From contig NC_007681.1 in NCBI RefSeq assembly GCF_000012545.1, forward strand, positions 900,001-932,000: a stretch of 32,000 bases of DNA. The letters run 5' to 3'. Position 1 is the stretch's first letter. Every line of letters starts with the position of its first letter. This DNA is from Methanosphaera stadtmanae DSM 3091 (lineage in GTDB: Archaea; Methanobacteriota; Methanobacteria; Methanobacteriales; Methanobacteriaceae). The notes under the pieces are model-generated. The model ran no database searches, was not told where the DNA came from, and was given only the letters and a program-made list of their open reading frames with translations. This document shows positions 9,401 to 15,808 of this stretch, piece by piece. The position numbers and the translations under genes are program-made.

Positions 9401-12117
9401 GTAATCAAACTTATGTTGATTTAGGAATTAAAAAAGGAATACATCTTATTACAGTATGTTATAATGCAAGTAATTATGCACCATCAAATACAACTTTATT
9501 GTTAAATATTGGGGCAACTACAATTAATTCTGATGTATTAAATAGTGATCTTAAAAATACTACAATAAAGGTAGTTGTAAGAGATTCTAACAATAACTTA
9601 GTAAATAGTGGTAGAGTTGTAATTTATAATAACAATAACTTATTAACAAACACTACACTTATAAATGGACAGGCAATTATTGTTTTAAATCTAAATGCAG
9701 GAACACAAACACTAAATATATTATATTTAGATGATAATTTATATCAATCATCAAATATAACCCAGACAATAACAGTTAAAGCAATAGACACTAAAATGTC
9801 AGTAGTGGCTTATAGTAAATTAACAACAAACTCAACAATAGAAGTAACAGTAACAGATATAACAGGAAAACTAGTGACAAAAGGACAAGTACAAATAATA
9901 AACCAGAATGGACAAGTAATAAAAACAGGAACAATAAACAATGGAAGAGTAAATATAACACTAACATCACTACCAACAGGACGCCAACAATACACAGCAA
10001 AATACACAGAAGGAACAATATATGGTAATTCATCATATACAGTAATAATAACAGTAAAAACAACAGATACTAAAACAACAGTAAAAGCATACTCAAAACT
10101 AACAACAAACTCAACAATAGAAGTAACAGTAAAAGACATAACAGGAAAATTAGTGACAAAAGGACAAGTACAAATAATAAACCAGAATGGACAAGTAATA
10201 AAAACAGGAACAATAAACAATGGAAGAGTAAATATAACACTAACATCACTACCAACAGGACGCCAACAATACACAGCAAGATACACAGAAGGAACAATAT
10301 ACACACAATCACAAGCAGGAGTAATAATAACAGTAAAAACAACAGATACTAAAACAACAGTAAAAGCATACTCAAAACTAACAACAAACTCAACAATAGA
10401 AGTAACAGTAACAGATATAACAGGAAAACTAGTGACAAAAGGACAAGTACAAATAATAAACCAGAATGGACAAGTAATGAAAACAGGAACAATAAATAAT
10501 GGAAGAGTAAATATAACATTAACATCACTACCAACAGGACGCCAACAATACACAGCAAGATACACAGAAGGAACAATATACACACAATCACAAGCAGGAG
10601 TAATAATAACAGTAAAAACAACAGATACTAAAATATCAGTTGATGTTTATAAAAAATACACTACTAATACTTCAATGCAAATAACAGTAAAAGACATAAC
10701 AGGAAAACTAGTGACAAAAGGACAAATACAGATAATAAACCAGAATGGACAAGTAATAAAAACAGGAACAATAAATAATGGAAGAGTAAATATAACATTA
10801 ACATCACTACCAACAGGATCTCAAAAATTTATTGTAAAATACACAGAAGGAACAATATACACACAATCAACATATAATATAACATTAACGATAATAAAAG
10901 ATGACACAACAACCCTTACATACAAAAATATTAAAACATATAATAGTAATACAACAATTGATATTCGAGTAAATGGTGGAGATAATAATCAAGTAACTGG
11001 TAAAGTTCAAATACTTAATAGTAGGGGTAGATTATTAAAATCCATGACTTTAAAGAATGGTCATGCAATAATTACTCTTGGATTACCTTTAGGTAAACAG
11101 ACTTTAAGTATAATATATCTTGGAGATAAAACTCATAGATTAGTTAATGTTTCAGATACAATAAATGTTTTAAATCAAACTGTAAAAAGTTATGATAGTG
11201 GAAATGAAATTGTTCTTAAAAAAATCATAACTACTAGTGAAAAACCTGATGTTGAAGCATTAGGTGATGATTATCAATATGTTGATGATGATGGAACATA
11301 CACTATTACAAGTAGTGAAATACTTAGAGTACAGAGATTAGATTCTCTTTGTCAACAAATTTATGGTTTCATGCCTAAATATACCTTCTTTAGAGAGGAA
11401 GGCAGTAATATCAAGTATGTTATTGAAAGAAGTAAGTGGAATGTAATATCAAGAGCATTGAATAAATATCATGTAAATAAGGGATTTACTGCAGTGAACC
11501 CTCCACATGCACTTAGAATAACATTAAAAGATAAAATTAGATATTATCCAGTATATTATGATTCTCAGGAAGTTATTGGTGGAGTAAGATATACTTGTGG
11601 TCCTACAGCTATGAGTATGATAAGCCAAGGATTAAATAAATATAACAGTGAAAGAAAACTATCAAATGTATATAAGACTACAAGGTCAGAGGGTACATAT
11701 GAAAGTAATATTATTAAATATTCACCTTCTGTTAACATGACTTTAATTGATATTCCTGATAGTAAATCTGCAGTTATTAGTAGTATTCAATCTGGTGCAA
11801 TGGTTTTATGGCATATTCGTGGTCATTACATGAATGTTATTGGTTATAACTCAGCAAATGATAAGTTTTTATGTTTAAATCCTTCAGGACCAAGTCATAA
11901 TATTGAAGCAGTACAATGGGCTTCTTGGAATACTATGATGAAAACTGACAGACCTCTTAAGGGATATGGATTTATGAAAGTAGTACCTAAGTGGTATATA
12001 ACCAGTTCCTTAAATTCACAGGTAAAAAACTATTATATGAATATGGGCGGTAAATATACTACTCCTAATAATAGTGAAAAACTTAATACAGAGGATGCTG
12101 TGACTTATATTGTATAA
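6490..12117 (+). CDS. Giant (1875 aa) secreted adhesin-like protein: signal peptide, Pmp-type parallel beta-helix, papain-like C1A peptidase domain, beta-sandwich, ~7 Ig-like repeats, C-terminal C39-like peptidase domain
   Basis: RBS AGGAGG lies upstream of ATG 6490. Signal peptide is MNKKILLTLLVIIMFFSISSVYA/VD. There is one uninterrupted 5.6-kb frame in AT-rich DNA. Domains are listed as sub-features. Confidence 0.9.
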   Translation: MNKKILLTLLVIIMFFSISSVYAVDNSIDSSNTYSNLNTLKHTDTYQSSLIDNINENISSKTVEKEISVETKEKTEKSITKSDNKLNTNNYVVNKKSSDTQTKVDVISKDTSTKKVNKTLKTTDNYYFNASVTNDGDGSKDNPWKTINQLNFNKITNGSTVYISNGNYNVDNIDVNIDVNIIGENTNKTIIKGYNTYDEVFNFNKHTTITNITFTNSSTKVIYNTGTLELNNCIFKNNNITSYDACIKNNGKLTVNNCLFNNVSSQKSSVIYNSASNSINLYLKNSIFTNNNAYKGIVLLYGSCAQLYNTTFNNNKATIMAGCIYLEKSSMNVNLSTFINNSVLKGTGGVFYVYDSDLFVNNSIFSNNYALFGGVATFLNGSGDGEEITESKHNSTIINSSFTNNKVLYDGGVFFDVYSNLDIRSSNFTNNSARNGGSIYGDYSKININNTIFKNNTATYFGGSIYTNQIDIALNNNNFINNKATKAEDVYSQYSRSFTSKNNTQTNTNSIITNQITTTKKPQVIITNLNNTPITTIPSSYDLRKLNQVTSVKSQSGGGNCWSFATMGALESCILKATGISYDLSENNMKNIMALFSQSAWCISPNLGGYDEMPITYLINWYGPTDENNDPYIPEIIVSPQINNLIQINNVYGIPSRTNYTDNNEYKKAIMKYGAVYTDIYWLGSNVDNTHNSYYCHEKPEYTNHAVCIVGWDDNYNKNNFITPAPGNGAFIIKNSWGTSSGENGYYYVSYYDESILNTCDDIYGAGGFTFIINNTETYDKIYQYDVGGISNWLESNKYGNYSNEYISSGNELIKAFGTYVSDLTNNYTVSIYVNNVLKHTQKGLFTHLGYETVQVTKSINVKTNDKIKVVLELVSSSTVQIPISESKYTRIVSTTNSYVNGKTNSDSVACLKLYTSEINKSEVDAVVTKSNLTNTQLLINIHDTNGNSINTGTITIKENNTILKTVQVTSNQTYVDLGIKKGIHLITVCYNASNYAPSNTTLLLNIGATTINSDVLNSDLKNTTIKVVVRDSNNNLVNSGRVVIYNNNNLLTNTTLINGQAIIVLNLNAGTQTLNILYLDDNLYQSSNITQTITVKAIDTKMSVVAYSKLTTNSTIEVTVTDITGKLVTKGQVQIINQNGQVIKTGTINNGRVNITLTSLPTGRQQYTAKYTEGTIYGNSSYTVIITVKTTDTKTTVKAYSKLTTNSTIEVTVKDITGKLVTKGQVQIINQNGQVIKTGTINNGRVNITLTSLPTGRQQYTARYTEGTIYTQSQAGVIITVKTTDTKTTVKAYSKLTTNSTIEVTVTDITGKLVTKGQVQIINQNGQVMKTGTINNGRVNITLTSLPTGRQQYTARYTEGTIYTQSQAGVIITVKTTDTKISVDVYKKYTTNTSMQITVKDITGKLVTKGQIQIINQNGQVIKTGTINNGRVNITLTSLPTGSQKFIVKYTEGTIYTQSTYNITLTIIKDDTTTLTYKNIKTYNSNTTIDIRVNGGDNNQVTGKVQILNSRGRLLKSMTLKNGHAIITLGLPLGKQTLSIIYLGDKTHRLVNVSDTINVLNQTVKSYDSGNEIVLKKIITTSEKPDVEALGDDYQYVDDDGTYTITSSEILRVQRLDSLCQQIYGFMPKYTFFREEGSNIKYVIERSKWNVISRALNKYHVNKGFTAVNPPHALRITLKDKIRYYPVYYDSQEVIGGVRYTCGPTAMSMISQGLNKYNSERKLSNVYKTTRSEGTYESNIIKYSPSVNMTLIDIPDSKSAVISSIQSGAMVLWHIRGHYMNVIGYNSANDKFLCLNPSGPSHNIEAVQWASWNTMMKTDRPLKGYGFMKVVPKWYITSSLNSQVKNYYMNMGGKYTTPNNSEKLNTEDAVTYIV
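7130..7960 (+). other. Right-handed beta-helix region with polymorphic-outer-membrane-protein (Pmp)-type repeats
   Basis: About ten repeats of F-x-N-N-x-A ... G-G-x-(I/V/F)-(Y/F) occur every ~25-30 aa: IFTNNNAYKG, TFNNNKATIMAGCIYL, TFINNSVLKGTGGVFYV, IFSNNYALFGGVATF, SFTNNKVLYDGGVFFD, NFTNNSARNGGSIYG, IFKNNTATYFGGSIYT. Confidence 0.7.
8098..8755 (+). other. Papain-family (MEROPS C1A, PF00112) cysteine peptidase domain
   Basis: IPSSYDLRKLNQVTSVKSQSGGGNCWSFATMGALES (Gln oxyanion residue plus Cys, codon 8170-8172). NHAVCIVGWDD (His, codon 8602-8604). IIKNSWGTSSGENGYYYVSY (Asn-Ser-Trp). Confidence 0.85.
9772..10887 (+). repeat. In-frame tandem repeat, period 279 bp (93 aa, one Ig-like domain), four high-identity copies
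   Basis: Units start at 9772, 10051, 10330 and 10609 (acagt(t/a)aaa...). Units 2 and 3 differ at about 6 of 279 positions by my reading. More diverged copies of the same domain flank the array (about 9240-9771 and 10888-11170). Confidence 0.95.
11542..11895 (+). other. C39-like (Peptidase_C39_2-type, PF13529) cysteine peptidase domain
   Basis: YYPVYYDSQ...RYTCGPTAMSMISQGL (Cys codon 11596-11598), MVLWHIRGHYMNVIGYNSANDKFLCLNPSG (His codon 11824-11826). This is the CGP(t/a)...GHY.v..GY...v..NP pattern of that family. Confidence 0.65.
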
Positions 12118-12160
12118 GAATAATCTATTATTAGATTATCTTATTCTCTTATTTTTTTTA
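12115..12160 (+). terminator. Hairpin (one bulge) plus T8 after the giant surface-protein gene
   Basis: taagaataatcta (12115-12127) pairs with tagattatctta (12132-12143), with loop ttat and a single bulged A. T8 lies at 12152-12159. Confidence 0.45.
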
Positions 12161-12228
12161 TAAAAAAGTAATATGTATTAAAAATAGTTTTTTGAATTTT
12201 AAAAAAAAGATTTGTTTTTAGAAGATAA

Positions 12229-12462
12229 TTAATCTTCTATATTTAATTTTACATATGGATTATCTTCTGAAGCTCTTTCAAAAGCATTGATTAATTCCTG
12301 ATCTATTTGGGTAGAATTTGTTATGTTTATTATAGTTTTTGTATAAAATCCACAGAGATATTGATATATATCTTCAAAATCTCCATTAAATACTGGTAAA
12401 TCAAATGTTTCTTTTAGATATGTTTCATCTACTTTTTTTCCATCAATATTAAATGTGTTCAT
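12229..12462 (-). CDS. Barstar-like (ribonuclease inhibitor family) small protein
   Basis: RBS GGGATGA is present. FNIDGKKVDETYLKETFDLPVFNGDFEDIYQYLCG lines up residue for residue with the barstar core ...[20 protein letters not shown]. The size (77 aa) fits. Confidence 0.55.
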   Translation of the reverse strand: MNTFNIDGKKVDETYLKETFDLPVFNGDFEDIYQYLCGFYTKTIINITNSTQIDQELINAFERASEDNPYVKLNIED

Positions 12463-12538
12463 TTTATTTCATCCCATAAATAATTATATAACAATAGTTA
12501 TATTTTCATGTTTATTATATATTTCTCCAATAAATTCC

Positions 12539-13117
12539 CTAAACAGTAGCACTATCCAAGTCTAATTCATGAGGTATTACTTCATAATCCTCTAATTCAT
12601 ATCCTATATCTTCAAATGATTCTAATTCATCTTCAGTAAATCTTTTTGTTAATAAACCACCAATATCTAAGATTTTATTTACTTTAAAATTAGCAGATAC
12701 TATAACACGATGAGTATTTTTTATAACAAAATCATTGATATAATCTGAGAAGTGTGTAATCATAAGTAACGATTTTTTTTCCTTCATTTCCAAGTTAATA
12801 TCGTTACCTAATGATCCAAATCTATCTAAAAACATTTTTGAATGACCTGCAATATCATTGTAAAATATTGGTGCTGTAAATATGAAGTAATCAGCATCAC
12901 GTACTTTATCCATGATCATATTAAAATCATCATCTAAAACACAGCCTCCACCATTTTTACAACTTCTACAACCAGTACAGTATTTTATATTATAATCATC
13001 CATAAATAATACTTCATTACTTCCACCTGCATCTTCAATTCCAATTGTTAGTCTATCTACAATTTTTTTACTATTTCCATGTTTATTAGATGAGGTTATT
13101 AGCGTTATAACTTTCAT
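12539..13117 (-). CDS. isf: Iron-sulfur flavoprotein / NADPH-dependent FMN reductase family
   Basis: RBS GGGAG is present. Flavodoxin-like N-terminus MKVITLITSSNKHGNS. The compact cysteine cluster CTGCRSCKNGGGC (C-x2-C-x2-C-x5-C) is typical of methanogen Isf proteins. DADYFIFTAPIFYNDIAGHSKMFLDR also fits. The C-terminal third is not recognised. Confidence 0.65.
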   Translation of the reverse strand: MKVITLITSSNKHGNSKKIVDRLTIGIEDAGGSNEVLFMDDYNIKYCTGCRSCKNGGGCVLDDDFNMIMDKVRDADYFIFTAPIFYNDIAGHSKMFLDRFGSLGNDINLEMKEKKSLLMITHFSDYINDFVIKNTHRVIVSANFKVNKILDIGGLLTKRFTEDELESFEDIGYELEDYEVIPHELDLDSATV

Positions 13118-13223
13118 TCTGTAAAACTCCCTATAGTTTTTTTATAATTTAATTAATATTATTAAATGAATTTATTTAAATATGTTTAGTATATTTTATA
13201 AAAAAAAGGTAAAGGGAGGGTAT

Positions 13224-13919
13224 TTATTTTTTAGGCCAATTATCCACAATCATATCATAATCCTTAGAATCATGGCTCATTTGGATTGAATTATTTTCAA
13301 TATCAACAATGTCTCTGTTTTTATTTACTATTAGATATGCACTTCCTGTATTAACATTTATGTTATATTTTGTAAAGTCTTTATATCCATTTTCTTTAAG
13401 AACATTAACATAACTCATTGCACGATCTTTGTATTTGAAACTTTTCTTTTGAAGTTTTTTACCTGGTGATATTTGTTCAACAACAACTTTTTTTCCCACT
13501 TCTTTGGAAAGTCTATTTCTTTTTCTTTCTGTTTGATATTTGAAATGTTCATTTTTAAAGTTTATGATATTATCAAAAAATCCTGAGATTTTTGTTTTAA
13601 TTGAATAGTATGTATTTTTAACTCTGTTTACTGTATTATAAGGATTTGTATTGTATTTGTTGTTAGTTAATATATCTATTAGACTCCATATTTTCGAAGT
13701 TATGAATGATGGTCCTTTTATTGTTTTATTCTTTATAATAATCATTGATAGAGCATCTAATATAAATATTGTGAATAGTATTAGACTAAATCTCCATAAT
13801 GTTACTAAATTTAATATAAATGATAATATTGACCATTGAAACATAAATGATACAATATAAAGGATTTTAGTTAGGTTATTTATGTTAATATTATTTATAT
13901 TATTAAAATTTTGTTGCAT
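13224..13919 (-). CDS. Hypothetical membrane protein (two N-terminal TM helices, basic linker, small C-terminal alpha/beta domain)
   Basis: A 231-aa open frame in AT-rich DNA with AGGAAA upstream. TM segments are ILYIVSFMFQWSILSFILNLV and FSLILFTIFILDALSMIII. No family recognised. Confidence 0.55.
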   Translation of the reverse strand: MQQNFNNINNININNLTKILYIVSFMFQWSILSFILNLVTLWRFSLILFTIFILDALSMIIIKNKTIKGPSFITSKIWSLIDILTNNKYNTNPYNTVNRVKNTYYSIKTKISGFFDNIINFKNEHFKYQTERKRNRLSKEVGKKVVVEQISPGKKLQKKSFKYKDRAMSYVNVLKENGYKDFTKYNINVNTGSAYLIVNKNRDIVDIENNSIQMSHDSKDYDMIVDNWPKK

Positions 13920-14147
13920 TGAAATCTTTTCCTAAACTTTTGTAACTTTAATTCATTATTATATAACTAATATTATATATACTTTTTTCTAAAATAAGGA
14001 AAGAAAAAGATTCCATCAACGTCCATCACAAAAAAAATATATATTAATTACACTAATGGAAGTAGAATTATATAAACTTACAAATAAAAATAATTATATA
14101 AATCAAATAAAAAAGTGCTTTTTTAAAAAAATAGAAGAGGATAATAA

Positions 14148-14594
14148 ATGAAATTAGTAGTACAAAGAGTTACAAGTGCAAAGGTAGAGGTAAATAATAA
14201 CATTGTAGGAAAAATAGGTAAGGGATACCTAGTGCTATTAGGCATTAAAAAAACAGATACTAAAAAAGAAGCAGATTATATGATAAATAAATTAATGAAA
14301 CTAAGGGTATTTGAAGATGAAGAAAATAAAATGAATCTATCAATACAAGACATTGATGGTGAAATACTTCTAATTCCACAGTTTACATTATATGGTGATG
14401 TTACCCATAACAACAGACCATCATTTTCAAATGCCATGAAACCCACTGATGCTAAAAAACTTTTTGAATACTGCTGTAATGAATGTGAAAAGAAAGTACA
14501 TACTCAGAAAGGAGAATTTGGTGCATTTATGGATGTTAATTTAGTAAATAATGGACCTGTAACTATAATAATAGAAAAAGAATATAATAGCTAA
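14148..14594 (+). CDS. dtd: D-aminoacyl-tRNA deacylase, bacterial/eukaryotic DTD1 type
   Basis: [15 protein letters not shown]...[10 protein letters not shown]...LRVFEDE...IPQFTLYGD...GNRPSF-like NNRPSF...[10 protein letters not shown]. The 148-aa length and the (S/P)QFTL and NxGPVT signatures are those of DTD1. Confidence 0.9.
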
Positions 14595-14607
14595 AGAAAG
14601 TGTAATT

Positions 14608-14811
14608 ATGAAAATGGACATTAATATTGATGCTGAATTACAAAGAAGAGCAAGAGCAGTATGTAGAAAGGTTAGTGGTCTAACACTAGCTAGTTATTAT
14701 GAATGGATTATAGAAATGAAATTAAAGGAACTCCCTCCAGTTGATGAAATAGAAGATAAAAGATCCCATATGACAAGTTATAATCCTGATGAATTAGATG
14801 ATTTATGGTAA
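14608..14811 (+). CDS. Small hypothetical protein, possibly ribbon-helix-helix (CopG/antitoxin-like) with an acidic tail
   Basis: Starts 13 nt after dtd. KMDINIDAELQRRARAVCRKVSGLTLASYYEWIIEMKL has the strand, helix, G-x-T turn, helix layout of RHH proteins. The C-terminus DEIEDKRSHMTSYNPDELDDLW is acidic. Confidence 0.45.
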   Translation: MKMDINIDAELQRRARAVCRKVSGLTLASYYEWIIEMKLKELPPVDEIEDKRSHMTSYNPDELDDLW

Positions 14812-14822
14812 TTGGTGAAACT

Positions 14823-15458
14823 ATGAATAAAAAAATTAAAAGAAAGACTACAGGTATCATATTTATATTAAGTAGTTTAATATATTTACTAATAGAATAC
14901 ATTGTAATTAAAAATACATCACTTAATATATATGAAGCATACATAAATTACAGTGTTAGTCATATAGCAATGCCACTTAACCAAACATACCTTGGAATAA
15001 CAAATAATTTCTCACCACAATATATGCTACTAAACATTGCATTTATCATACTAGGAATAATATTTATAATATCATGTATTTTAGAGATAAATAAAAGAAT
15101 AAATTCAAATAAAATTTTATATTATCCCTTAATGCTAATTACTGGAGTAGGATTTATTTTTCTAGGAATATTCTCTGCAGGACAAACAAGTATAAATAAT
15201 CATCAACTTGCAATATTCATGTCACTACTATGTGGAAACATATTTCTAATACTTATGGGAAAAACAATAAATACAAATAAAATACATAGAAATACATCAT
15301 TAATACTTGGAATTATTGGAACAATATCATTTATAATATTAACTTATTCACTAATAAATAAAGACATGATAATATACATGGGATTATTTGAAAGAATATC
15401 CATATACACACTAATAATATGGAATATTATAACAGGAACATACTTACTAAAACAATAA
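14823..15458 (+). CDS. Multi-pass membrane protein (about 6 TM; possibly DUF998-like)
   Basis: GGTGA lies 5-6 nt upstream of ATG 14823, so I prefer it to the longer 14805 start. The protein begins MNKKIKRKTTGIIFILSSLIYLLIEY and is followed by five further hydrophobic helices. Confidence 0.65.
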   Translation: MNKKIKRKTTGIIFILSSLIYLLIEYIVIKNTSLNIYEAYINYSVSHIAMPLNQTYLGITNNFSPQYMLLNIAFIILGIIFIISCILEINKRINSNKILYYPLMLITGVGFIFLGIFSAGQTSINNHQLAIFMSLLCGNIFLILMGKTINTNKIHRNTSLILGIIGTISFIILTYSLINKDMIIYMGLFERISIYTLIIWNIITGTYLLKQ

Positions 15459-15482
15459 AAAGCATTGAAGTTGGTTTGAACT

Positions 15483-15797
15483 ATGACAATTATTGAAAAA
15501 GATGCAGAAAATATTTTAGATATAAATGAATTATATGATTTAGGAGTAGTTCTCTTTGAAACTACAGTTTTACTAGTAAATAATCTAGAATTTAGTATAT
15601 GCTGGGTTGAATTTGAGAAACTATATGACATTAGCGTACAAAACCAAGAACATACACAAATTATAGAATATAATGTAGTTAAAGAATTATCAGACATTCA
15701 AAAAACATACTTTAACCTATTAAAAGGAGAAACATATGAAGATGAACATGGAAATATAGTTAAATGTATAAGTCATAGTATAGAATATGGATTATAG
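15483..15797 (+). CDS. Hypothetical small acidic protein (104 aa)
   Basis: Open frame 24 nt after the membrane protein and 11 nt before the next gene. No family recognised. Confidence 0.5.
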   Translation: MTIIEKDAENILDINELYDLGVVLFETTVLLVNNLEFSICWVEFEKLYDISVQNQEHTQIIEYNVVKELSDIQKTYFNLLKGETYEDEHGNIVKCISHSIEYGL

Positions 15798-15808
15798 AGA
15801 GGATTAAC

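Noticed and set aside
9791-10621. Four long minus-strand ORFs (9791..10063, 9810..10583, 10070..10342, 10349..10621), Leu/Phe/Val-rich and themselves repeated
   Set aside because: They lie antisense to the 279-bp repeat array of the giant surface-protein gene. The sense strand is so T-poor that the antisense strand lacks A and so cannot form stop codons. Their periodicity mirrors the sense repeat. Their products are low-complexity hydrophobic strings without starts preceded by RBS.
9772-10887. Could the regular 279-bp and 285-bp (5231..5983) repeats be CRISPR-like or satellite arrays?
   Set aside because: The units are contiguous with no unique spacers and are far longer than CRISPR repeats. 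They maintain one long reading frame and encode recognisable Ig-like and PepSY domains. No cas genes are present.
14805-14822. Longer start (ATG 14805) for the membrane protein, overlapping the preceding small gene
   Set aside because: ATG 14823 has GGTGA at ideal spacing and yields a typical MNKKIKRK positive N-terminus before the first TM helix. The 14805 start lacks an RBS and adds only MVIGET.
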